A program made the translations under genes and the position numbers. The notes beneath the pieces were generated by a model, which was not told where the DNA came from, made no database searches, and worked only from the letters and a program-made list of their open reading frames with translations. 64,000 bases of DNA from Candidatus Latescibacterota bacterium (GTDB taxonomy: Bacteria > Krumholzibacteriota > Krumholzibacteriia > WVZY01): positions 256,001 through 320,000 of the forward strand of contig CAWBQK010000006.1 in NCBI GenBank assembly GCA_963791045.1, read 5' to 3'. Of this stretch, positions 9,780 through 18,859 are shown piece after piece; within the stretch, counting starts at the first letter, position 1; each line of letters begins with the position of its first letter.

Positions 9780-10772
9780 CTAGAGTTTCGACAGGTCAGG
9801 GCTTTTTTCCTGGAGGAGTTTCAACCAGGCCTGGAGCCCTTCCTTTTCGGCGTAACGCTTAACGCGGCGAAAGCCCTCCCCGTAGATCGGGTCGGGGTCC
9901 TTGAGCATGTTGTCGATAACGAAGTCCGCATTTTCGCCGCCCAGTGTGCGAAGAACGAGATACGCGGCGAAATTGCAGCTGCCCTCCGAAACCGCAGGGT
10001 CCTGGTCGAGCCGGCCGTTCTGGAACTGCCAGACGTGGGCGAGCTCGTGGGCGGCGGTGCTCGTCATCTGAGTCCGCGGCATTCCGTTTAGCAGATACAC
10101 TTTGATCGATTCGCTTTTCACCTGTCCGAAAATGTTCTTTTTGACCAGATAGTCGCTGAATCCCTTGGTGTCGTGCGAACTCGACGAGGCGACACGTTTG
10201 AGTTCATCTGTGCCCACGAGTAGGATTTCGACCTGCGAGATATCGACCTCCATCCCGTTCGAAGCGAGGACTTCCGCGACTTTGGCGAGGATGAGACGAA
10301 CCTTTCCGGTCGAGGTAATCGAAGATGGTGCGCATTTACCACACAAACGGCGGTCGTCGGGAAGTCTGACCATCCCATCGAGAAGCTCTCCGTATATGAA
10401 TCTCTGGCAGAAATCACACTGAGACACGACCCCCTTGTGCGACTTGTGGTACGCATCGCCCCAGTAATCGATGAGATAATCGCCCTGGATGATCCCGCCG
10501 CACACAACGCATCTGAGCGCCACATGGTCCTCAAAACACTGCTTGTGATAATTCTCGTTTTTGTAAACGAGGAAAGCATCCTTTATCGGTTCACCGCAGT
10601 GCGCGCAGGTGAAGCAATTCGGATGATAGAAGTGACTGCCCGTCTCGAAATATGAACCGGAAATTTCTCCGCCGCATTCGTGGCAGATTTTCTGGTCGTT
10701 CGCGCTCGTACCGTGCGAACCGAGCGCCAACAATGACAAGCACGCGAGCGAAATCAGTATGATGTGTTTCAT
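9780..10772 (-). CDS. LIM + LIM-like zinc finger, DA1-like zinc metallopeptidase with signal peptide
   Basis: C-x2-C-x16-H-x2-C-x2-C-x2-C-x16-H-x2-C LIM pattern; further CxxC pairs; AHELAH, EGSCN, YGEGFR; N-terminal hydrophobic leader MKHIILISLACLSLLAL. Confidence 0.8.
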   Translation of the reverse strand: MKHIILISLACLSLLALGSHGTSANDQKICHECGGEISGSYFETGSHFYHPNCFTCAHCGEPIKDAFLVYKNENYHKQCFEDHVALRCVVCGGIIQGDYLIDYWGDAYHKSHKGVVSQCDFCQRFIYGELLDGMVRLPDDRRLCGKCAPSSITSTGKVRLILAKVAEVLASNGMEVDISQVEILLVGTDELKRVASSSSHDTKGFSDYLVKKNIFGQVKSESIKVYLLNGMPRTQMTSTAAHELAHVWQFQNGRLDQDPAVSEGSCNFAAYLVLRTLGGENADFVIDNMLKDPDPIYGEGFRRVKRYAEKEGLQAWLKLLQEKSPDLSKL

Positions 10773-11157
10773 GTCGTCATTTTCGTGGTGAATGATCTGG
10801 TGATGTCGAATCCGACTCAAACATAATATCCGAGCAAAAACCAGTCCACTGTGGTGATTTCAAACCGTTTGGAGGTCCGCCGTCGTCGCGACCATGGGGA
10901 GCCCTCTTGAAAGTATGGGAAATCTCGGCATAACTGCCGAATTTCACCCATTTTAGCCCGGTTTGGAAACCCGGACGGCCGGCAATCGTACATAGTGGAG
11001 ACCGCCACGAGGCCGCGTCAGGGGGCATACGCTAATCGGATCCGCATCACCTTGTTTGACGCGCGTGCGAATTCCCTGATAGACTTGCCTCGAACACAGC
11101 TGCGCCAAACCGCCAAACACACATTGAATATTTTTCACAGGAACGAGTAGAGAAGAC

Positions 11158-14136
11158 ATGATCGGCAAAAAAGTCCTCCACTACAAAATCACCGAAAAGC
11201 TCGGTCAGGGCGGCATGGGCGCCGTCTATATGGCCGAGGACACCAAATTGAAGCGTACGGTGGCGCTCAAGTTCCTGCCGCCCCAGGCTCTCGCCGACGA
11301 GACCGACAAGGCGCGGTTTGTTCACGAAGCTCAGGCCGCCGCCGCGCTCCACCATCCGAATATTTGCACCGTTTTCGAAATCAACGAAGCCGACGAGCAG
11401 GTCTTCATCTCCATGGCGTATCTCCCGGGCGACAGCCTCAAAGAGAAGATTGAGGCGGGCCCCATCAAGGACGTGGATGTTCTCAAGATTGCCACGCAAA
11501 TTGCCCGTGGTCTCGGAGCCGCCCATGTTAAACAGATCGTTCATCGGGATATCAAACCCACCAATATTATGTTCTCCGAGAGCGGCGCCGCGACCGTGCT
11601 GGACTTTGGCCTGGCCAAATCCAAACACCAGACCCATGTCACTAAAATGGGCACCACGATGGGGACGATCGCCTATATGTCGCCCGAACAATCGCGCGGC
11701 GTGGACGTCGACCATCGGACGGACATCTGGTCGCTTGGCGTAATGATGTACGAGATGGTTACGGGACAAAGACCATTTATTGGTGACTACGACGAGGCTG
11801 TGATCTATTCGATTTTGAACGAGCCGGCCAAACCTATTGAGGAGCTGGGGAAGGACGTCAATCCGGATCTCATCTACATCATCAATAAAGCGATGGCGAA
11901 GAGCCCCGACGACAGGTATCAATCCGCGGAAGAGATGCTCGCCGACATGAACCCGTTGCTCGATGCATTAAGAACAGGTTCGAGCAGTTCGTTTTCCACG
12001 CGGTCACGCATCGGTATCACCGGGACGCACGCGGCGGCGAGCGGACTGTTCCGTCCGAAGGTGTTGTTTCCCGTGGCGGCAGTGGTCCTTGTGGTCGCCG
12101 TTGCGTTGATTCTAATGGTGACCGGCGACAAGGGTGGAGTGACCGAGACAGTTGCCGTTGTTGACGAGGAAGGTCAGACGATTGAACGCGTCGTTCCGAA
12201 GAGCGAGTTTCGAAAGAATTTCGCCTTGTATCCGTTCGAAAACAAGACAGGCGACGCAGCCAACGACTGGGTGGAGGCGGCGAGTGTTGTTCTGCTGGAG
12301 ATAGACCTGCTTCAGGATCAGATCCTGAACGTCCGAAGTGCAAACGATCAGTTCGCCATGCGAAAACTTCAGAGGGCGGGATTTAGAAAATGGTCGGAGG
12401 CCCCCTGGAATCTCAAACGCAGGATCGCCAAGGAATCTCAGTATGATTTCATCGTGACGGGGACGTTTACAATTGAAAACGGCGATTATGTCTTCAGCCG
12501 CTCGCTTCACAACACGGCCACAGGCAGGATGGTCACCCAGAAGGAGTACCGCGGCAAGGACGTGTTCGCGATCATCGATGACATATCGGTTGATCTGAAA
12601 ACCGACCTGGAGGTGCCGGAAGCATATCTCGAAAACCTCAAGGATCTTCCCGTCGCGGAGATGATGACGACATCCGACGAAGCCCTCAAGGATTTTGGGA
12701 TTGGAGTCCAGGCGTTGACGGTTGATCAGGATTGGACGACAGCCGTTGAATCCCTTCTGAAGGCTGTCGAAGTGGATTCGACCTTCGCGTTTGCCCATTG
12801 GCAGCTCCTGATCATGGGGCTCAACACCAACCAGAGCCAGATTATGGCAACGTCGTCCCAGAAGGTTATACAGTATGTTTACAAGCTGCCCGAGCGAGTT
12901 CAATTTATCGTCAAATCGGTGTATTACCAGCTCAAAAAAGATACGAACAAGCAGGTGGCCGTTCTCAAGATGATGAACGAGCTTTACCCCGAAGACACTA
13001 TCGGTTTGAGCATGCTCGCCCAGCAGTACGCCACGGAAAAAAGAACCGACGAAGCCATCGCCGTGTACGAGAGAATCCTCGAAATCGATCCGAGCCGGTC
13101 CGAGACACTGCGGACGATCGGACAGTTGTACCGGAACGAGGGTGAATTCGACAGAGCGCTCGAGTATTTCAATCAGTACGCGAGCCTTTATCCAAACCAG
13201 GTCAATTCGTTTACGCCGATTGCAGTCATATACAGAGACATGGGTGAGTATGACAAGTCGACGGAATATTACGACAAAGCGCTTCTCATCGAGCCCGGTA
13301 ACGTCTCGGTAATCTGCCAGCTTGGACAGATCGACGCCCGCCTCGGCAATTACGAGCAGGCTCTCACAAAGTATAACGAGGCGTTGGGCCTGGCCAAGGC
13401 GCCCAGGGACCGGCTGGAAATCTATTCCTCCCTTGCTACGTTCTATCGCGATCGTGGCGAGATGCAAAAGTCTTTTGAGTACATGATACTCGAGTGGGCG
13501 GAAGAGGGAGTTGTCACGTCACCGGTTCAATCGCTTCTCTCGGAGCTCATGGAAGCCCACTATTATGTCAAGGCTGGGGAGCGCGACAAGGCTTTTGAGA
13601 TTGTCGAATCGGTCGGCGCAAAGATCCAAGCGCCGTATGATGAAGCGGTTCCCCTGGGTTACGTGTATCTCTATCTCGAGGTCGAGGAGCCGGACAGCGC
13701 CGAGGTGGCGGCCGAGCGGTTGATGGCGTTTATCGAGGGATACAAGCTCGAAACTCTCCGCGGCCGCGTGTTCGATATACAGGGCCGAGTCGCTGAGCTT
13801 CGGGGTCGGTACGAGGAGGCGATCGGTCACTTCGAGAAAAGACTCGAGCATTCACCGCGGGCCGTCGATGCTTACTGGCGAATTGGACGGTGTTATCACA
13901 AACTCGGTGATCTCGATAGCGCCGAATTGAACCTGCAAAAAAATCTCAAGATATTTCCGGTGGATCCGGAATGCCTCTTTGATCTCGCCCTCGTTCAGGC
14001 GGACAAAGGCGAGCGCGAGAACGCGCGTGCAACTCTCGACAAAGTCCTCGAAATCTGGGCAAACGCCGACCCCGAGTTCGAGCCTGCCAGAAAAGCCCGC
14101 GAAAAGCTTGTCGAATGGCAGAGCTGGGAATCCTGA
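11158..14136 (+). CDS. Hanks-type Ser/Thr kinase with TM helix and long TPR array
   Basis: GQGGMG, VALK, HRDIKPTN, DFGLAK, YMSPE; TM VAAVVLVVAVALILMV; multiple TPRs. Confidence 0.92.
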   Translation: MIGKKVLHYKITEKLGQGGMGAVYMAEDTKLKRTVALKFLPPQALADETDKARFVHEAQAAAALHHPNICTVFEINEADEQVFISMAYLPGDSLKEKIEAGPIKDVDVLKIATQIARGLGAAHVKQIVHRDIKPTNIMFSESGAATVLDFGLAKSKHQTHVTKMGTTMGTIAYMSPEQSRGVDVDHRTDIWSLGVMMYEMVTGQRPFIGDYDEAVIYSILNEPAKPIEELGKDVNPDLIYIINKAMAKSPDDRYQSAEEMLADMNPLLDALRTGSSSSFSTRSRIGITGTHAAASGLFRPKVLFPVAAVVLVVAVALILMVTGDKGGVTETVAVVDEEGQTIERVVPKSEFRKNFALYPFENKTGDAANDWVEAASVVLLEIDLLQDQILNVRSANDQFAMRKLQRAGFRKWSEAPWNLKRRIAKESQYDFIVTGTFTIENGDYVFSRSLHNTATGRMVTQKEYRGKDVFAIIDDISVDLKTDLEVPEAYLENLKDLPVAEMMTTSDEALKDFGIGVQALTVDQDWTTAVESLLKAVEVDSTFAFAHWQLLIMGLNTNQSQIMATSSQKVIQYVYKLPERVQFIVKSVYYQLKKDTNKQVAVLKMMNELYPEDTIGLSMLAQQYATEKRTDEAIAVYERILEIDPSRSETLRTIGQLYRNEGEFDRALEYFNQYASLYPNQVNSFTPIAVIYRDMGEYDKSTEYYDKALLIEPGNVSVICQLGQIDARLGNYEQALTKYNEALGLAKAPRDRLEIYSSLATFYRDRGEMQKSFEYMILEWAEEGVVTSPVQSLLSELMEAHYYVKAGERDKAFEIVESVGAKIQAPYDEAVPLGYVYLYLEVEEPDSAEVAAERLMAFIEGYKLETLRGRVFDIQGRVAELRGRYEEAIGHFEKRLEHSPRAVDAYWRIGRCYHKLGDLDSAELNLQKNLKIFPVDPECLFDLALVQADKGERENARATLDKVLEIWANADPEFEPARKAREKLVEWQSWES

Positions 14137-14303
14137 TTGGGATTGCGAGCGCGGATCTCATTTTGCTTCTCGGGCTTGAAAAGCGTTCTTGCCACGTATC
14201 AAGGTTGATTACGCGTGATTAAACGCGTATCATGACAAGACCAACACGACTGCTCCATTTGATTCATAATCGCAACATCAACGAGATACCCCAGGAGGCC
14301 AAT

Positions 14304-15203
14304 ATGAAGATCGCCGTCAACACTCCGACAGGAAACATCGGCCGCGTTGTAACGGACCAGCTCCTCGACGCCGGTGTGAATGTGGTTTTACTTGCCCGAA
14401 ATCCGGACAAGGTAAAGCAGTTTGTCGAACGCGGCGCGACGGTTTTTGAGGGCAATCTCGATGACGCCGATTTCGTGGTTAGTGCCACAAAGGATGTTGA
14501 CGCACTTTTCTGGCTAACGCCGGCCGATATTGCGGCCGAGGATTTTCGCGGTTATCAGAGAAAACTCGGAAAGGTCGTCGCGCAAGCGATAACCGAGAAC
14601 AAGATCCCGCGCGTTGTCAACCTGTCGAGTATCGGAGCGCACGTGCCTACCGGGACCGGTCCGATCGCGGGTCTCTACGATGTCGAGAAGAAAATCGACA
14701 AAACGGGCGTGAGTGTTACACATCTCCGGGCCGGTTTCTTTATGGAAAACTTTTTTATGTCGGTCGAGTCAATGGCCGGACAGGGTGCGATATTTCTCCC
14801 CATCCAGGGAAGCGCGAGAATGCCGATGATTGCAACGGCGGACATCGGCCGGTCGGCGGCGGACAGGCTGCTCGACAGCAGTTGGGTGGGGCGTTCGGTG
14901 ATCGAGCTCATTGGCCCCGACAATCTGTCGTTCGACGGAGCGGCGAAGATTCTCGGCAACGCAATCGGAAAAGACATCCGATTCATGCCGACTTCGCACG
15001 ATCAGACGCGAGAGGCCTTTGTCGGAATGGGAGTTTCTCCTTCGGTTGCCGATGGGTTCCTCGAAATGTACGGCGCGTTTGATGCCGGTACGATTAGTCC
15101 GGAATCTCCGAAAAAAGCGCGGACGGCAACGACGACGCTCGACACTTTTGCAAAGAATGTTTTTCGGCCGGGTTTTGAAGCCATGACCGGATCTAAAGAA
15201 TAG
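14304..15203 (+). CDS. NmrA-like / atypical SDR NAD(P)-binding protein
   Basis: N-terminal TGNIG Rossmann motif, LSSIGA, LRAGFFMEN; RBS AGGAGG. Confidence 0.85.
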   Translation: MKIAVNTPTGNIGRVVTDQLLDAGVNVVLLARNPDKVKQFVERGATVFEGNLDDADFVVSATKDVDALFWLTPADIAAEDFRGYQRKLGKVVAQAITENKIPRVVNLSSIGAHVPTGTGPIAGLYDVEKKIDKTGVSVTHLRAGFFMENFFMSVESMAGQGAIFLPIQGSARMPMIATADIGRSAADRLLDSSWVGRSVIELIGPDNLSFDGAAKILGNAIGKDIRFMPTSHDQTREAFVGMGVSPSVADGFLEMYGAFDAGTISPESPKKARTATTTLDTFAKNVFRPGFEAMTGSKE

Positions 15204-15375
15204 AACGTTTTGGCCGCCCCTGATCGGCGGGAAAACGTGCGGTTCCGCTTCGGCAGAGCCGCACGTTTTTTATTTCTCCGACACAAAACCCAAGATCCAC
15301 AAGAATGTCTTGCAAGAAATCCGCGGGCGCGTATCCAAGTGTAGGGGAGTTGGCCAGCAATAACGAGGTTTTGGA

Positions 15376-15941
15376 TTGCAAGAAGACGCCGGCACACAGT
15401 CGTTCGACGATATCTATGCGGCCTATGCGGAGAGGGTCTTGAACCTTGCGTACCGGTTTACGGCGAACGACGAAAGCGCCCGGGATCTGACACAAGAAAT
15501 CTTTATAAAGGTTTACCAGAAACTCGATTCGTTCGAAGAACGTTCTCAAATCTACACGTGGATCTACCGTATCGCCGTCAACCACATCACGAATTACCTC
15601 AAGAAAGAACGCACGGCGCCGCTGGGTCAATCTTCTCGACCGCACGGTATCCGATGTGGTCCACGATGAAGGGGTTGATCCATCGTACACCGACCGGGTG
15701 ACGGCCCCCCGCGCCGATCAAAAAATAGAGGATAGCGAGCGCGCGCGGATTGTGTGGGCGGCCGTTCGGTCACTTTCAATCAAATACCGTGTGCCGCTGG
15801 TGCTTTTTCATTATGAGGGACTTTCCTACAATGAAATCGCGGAGAGCATGGGGCTGAGTCTGAGCGCGGTCGAAACCCGGATCCACCGGGCGAAAAAACA
15901 ATTGATCAAGAAACTCGAACCGTGGGCTGGAGAAAATCTAG
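15376..15941 (+). CDS. ECF sigma-70 factor, split by apparent 1-bp insertions near 15613 and 15926
   Basis: Region 2 DLTQEIFIKVY...TWIYRIAVN in one frame; region 4 EGLSYNEIA...VETRIHRAKK in the next; removing one base rejoins them. Confidence 0.8.
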
Positions 15942-16095
15942 GCGGGGTGTCATGGCTTATACAAAATATTATGCAAGAAAGCATCCCGCCGCGCTGTCCA
16001 AAATTACAGAAGAGCAAAGGAAGACGTTCCCGCCCTCTTCGGAGACTTCGAGCAAACAGACTGATAGAACATAACTTACAACCTTGGAGGACATT

Positions 16096-16824
16096 ATGAA
16101 ATACGCCATTCTCGTTGGAATCATCGGAATACTCGTGGCGGGGTTTGCCGTCCCGGCAGCTTTGTCGGCGGATAACGACACGGCCTCGGGCGCGGCAGCG
16201 GTCAGTCCGCAGGAAACACCGCCGCCTCAGGCACCGCAAGGCGTCAGCGGCGCCACGCCGGACATCCGCCCGCCGGCTGCGGATGGCTGGGTGTGTCCGA
16301 AGTGTGGAGCGGAAGGCCCTTACCAGAAACGTTACAAAAAACGGACGGGTAGGCCTCAGTTTAACGCTCAGGATCAGGGTCGCCGAGGACAGCGGAGCGA
16401 CCGCGGGGACCGTTATTGCGGACCTCGGAAGGGTCGTAGTCGGGGTCAGGGTCAGGGTCGCGGTGCGGGCCATGGGGTCCAGAGAGGTGTCGCAGCGGAC
16501 CGGATGCTCCGCCATGCGAACACACTCCAGTTGACCGATGACCAGATCGCAAGTCTCGAAATGCTTTCGTATGAAGCCAAGAAAAAAATGATCGACCTTC
16601 GCTCGAGCATCGAGAAGGAACAGCTCGAACTCAAGAACCGGATCCGGTCCGACGCCGAAGACATGACGCAGATCAAGAGGCATCTGAGCGCGATATCGAG
16701 TGCGAAGGTCGGGATCCAGGAAGTCAAGATTTCAAACATGTTCGCCGCGAGAAAGATTCTCACCGACGAACAGAAAGAAATCGTCAAAGAAAAACATCCC
16801 AGGATGGGTATGAACCTCGACTAG
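16096..16824 (+). CDS. Spy/CpxP-family periplasmic protein with Gly/Arg-rich linker
   Basis: Signal peptide; LQLTDDQ and ILTDEQ (LTxxQ) motifs; RBS GGAGG. Confidence 0.75.
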   Translation: MKYAILVGIIGILVAGFAVPAALSADNDTASGAAAVSPQETPPPQAPQGVSGATPDIRPPAADGWVCPKCGAEGPYQKRYKKRTGRPQFNAQDQGRRGQRSDRGDRYCGPRKGRSRGQGQGRGAGHGVQRGVAADRMLRHANTLQLTDDQIASLEMLSYEAKKKMIDLRSSIEKEQLELKNRIRSDAEDMTQIKRHLSAISSAKVGIQEVKISNMFAARKILTDEQKEIVKEKHPRMGMNLD

Positions 16825-16835
16825 CGAATAGACTG

Positions 16836-17291
16836 ATGAAAACCAATCACGTCATAGAATCATATCAGTCCTGGGATGACGATCGTGTCACAGCGGAGGA
16901 GCGGCGGACGATTCAGCAGCATCTCGAAGAATGTCCCAAGTGCCGGCGTTACTACGAGAACATGTCAAGCTTGCTGGAGCAACCGGATCCGTCGCTTCTC
17001 CCGCGTCTCGAACCGGATCCTTTTCTTCCCACCAGGATTCGAGCGGAGGCCGAGGCGAAGAGCCGGCGCCCCGCGCTGCGAAGAGCGTCGAGTTGGGCCC
17101 GGTTGTCGGCTGCGGGAGTGATGGTGGTCGTAGCAGCCACGTTTGGAGTCTACCTTGGCAATGGGTTGTCGACAGCCACCCAATCCGACGACAATACCGA
17201 GATGATCAATGCTTACTACGAGGCGTTTTCGCCGACGAGCATCGTGGATGACTGGGCGAGTCTTCTGGAAAACGGCGAGGACGAGGGATGA
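16836..17291 (+). CDS. zf-HC2 (ZAS) transmembrane anti-sigma factor
   Basis: HLEECPKC (HxxxCxxC), single TM helix, in the ECF sigma cluster. Confidence 0.8.
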   Translation: MKTNHVIESYQSWDDDRVTAEERRTIQQHLEECPKCRRYYENMSSLLEQPDPSLLPRLEPDPFLPTRIRAEAEAKSRRPALRRASSWARLSAAGVMVVVAATFGVYLGNGLSTATQSDDNTEMINAYYEAFSPTSIVDDWASLLENGEDEG

Positions 17292-17328
17292 TCCCGCGTC
17301 GCGCTGAGAACCTGCAAAGGGAAATCAC

Positions 17329-17865
17329 ATGAAGATCAAGTTTCTTGTCGGTGCCCTCGTTTTGCTCATCATCGTCAATATCGCGGTGATCGGGACGTTT
17401 GTCATGATGCGCGCACGCAGACTTCCGATGCCCGAAAGAACGGGAATAAGGGCCGTGGCGCCCGACGGAGAATTGCGATCGCGGAGGTCTCGAATCCCAA
17501 GAGAACACAGGGAAGAACTGATGGTTCAGCTCCACGACCTGCAAGAGGAAACGGAACCGTACAGGGAGCGGATCGCGACTCTCGAGGGTCAGGTGTTCGA
17601 AGCCCTCCAGGCGGAGCCGGTATCCGAGGCGGTTGTCGATTCGCTGCTCGGTGAGATTTCACATGTGAAATTCGAGATGAGCAAGGTGGCGACCAGAAAA
17701 CTCATCGAAGCAAAGGAATTCCTGCCTCCCGAGCAGCAGGAGAGGTTTTTCCGCGCGATGATGAGTGCTCGCAAGGGACGCGAGGGAATGATGGGATCTC
17801 GCGGAGACGGCCGGTCCGGCGGGAGACGCGGACGACGGATGAACCCCGACTCGCTGTCTCGTTAG
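17329..17865 (+). CDS. Periplasmic heavy-metal-sensor/Spy-like protein
   Basis: N-terminal anchor LIIVNIAVIGTF, helical body, LPPEQQERF motif. Confidence 0.7.
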   Translation: MKIKFLVGALVLLIIVNIAVIGTFVMMRARRLPMPERTGIRAVAPDGELRSRRSRIPREHREELMVQLHDLQEETEPYRERIATLEGQVFEALQAEPVSEAVVDSLLGEISHVKFEMSKVATRKLIEAKEFLPPEQQERFFRAMMSARKGREGMMGSRGDGRSGGRRGRRMNPDSLSR

Positions 17866-17903
17866 TCGCATACACAATCCGGTAATTCATAAAGGAATCA
17901 GTA

Positions 17904-18762
17904 ATGAGGTCGATTGTAAATCGTCATAGCGTCCCGTTAATTGTCACGATATTCGCGGTGATTTCCATGTCCCTGCTCGTGGGGGGGTGCGGCGGCGAAG
18001 AATTCGGCAGCTGCTGGCGCCAGACGGAAATCACCGTCGACGGCGATAACTCCGAATGGCAGGAATGTATAACCTATTTCGAGGATGAAAAGTTTGCAGT
18101 CGGTGATGATGAATGACTCCGAGTACCTCTATGTTGCATTGTTCACCGCGGATCGAAGTGTGCAGAGACAGGTTATGATGTCGGGGATGACTGTGTGGCT
18201 CGACGTGACGAATTCCGAGGAGAAATCGTTTGGAGTTCGTTTCCCGATGGGGTTCCATGGCAAAGACATGCCGCGGTTGGGCCGGCCCGGGCAAGACGGA
18301 ACCGATCCGGCGGAACGCCAGAAACAGATCGATGACATGATTGCCGGCATGGACGAATTTGAAATCATCGGACCGGCGGAGGGAAGCGACCGTCTTGTCA
18401 AGATGGGCGAAATCGACGATGTGAAGGTCGCTGTGAGGCAAGACAAGGGCTCATTCATTTATGAACTAAGAGTTCCTCTGACAATCGCGGGCTCCGGAAA
18501 CTTCTACGGGCTTGGGACGAATCCCGGCGACATGATTGGAATGGCGATCGAGTCCCCCAAAATCAAAAGAGATGCGACGCGTGACCCTGAGATGGCTTTG
18601 GGTGGGACAGGCCGTGGCGGTCGAGGTGGAGGAGGCCGTGGCGACGGCATGGGTGGCGGTGGAAAGAGAGGGCAACGATCCGGCGAAGGAATGGATCCAC
18701 CGGAACCGTTCGACGTGTGGTCAAAGGTCCAACTTTCCGCGAAGGAATCCGGCTCAAAATAA
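17904..18762 (+). CDS. Hypothetical lipoprotein, frameshift near 18104
   Basis: Lipobox VGG-C; EITVDGDNSEW in the first ORF continues as NDSEYLYVAL in the overlapping ORF; Gly-rich tail. Confidence 0.6.
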
Positions 18763-18812
18763 TTTCAGAGTGACCGTGGTCAATGTTTGTATCAGTAGAC
18801 CCCACCCTGCCC

Positions 18813-18845
18813 AGTGCGCCTGTCCCCGACGGGCGCATTTCTGTT
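18813..18845. terminator. Hairpin between convergent genes
   Basis: GTGCGCCTGTC-ccc-GACGGGCGCAT stem followed by TTCTGTT. Confidence 0.5.
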
Positions 18846-18859
18846 GGTGTGGAGACGAC

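Noticed and set aside
15605-15625. Programmed frameshift in the ECF sigma (or in fumA or lemA)
   Set aside because: No slippery heptamer or stimulatory structure is evident; many unrelated genes show similar indels
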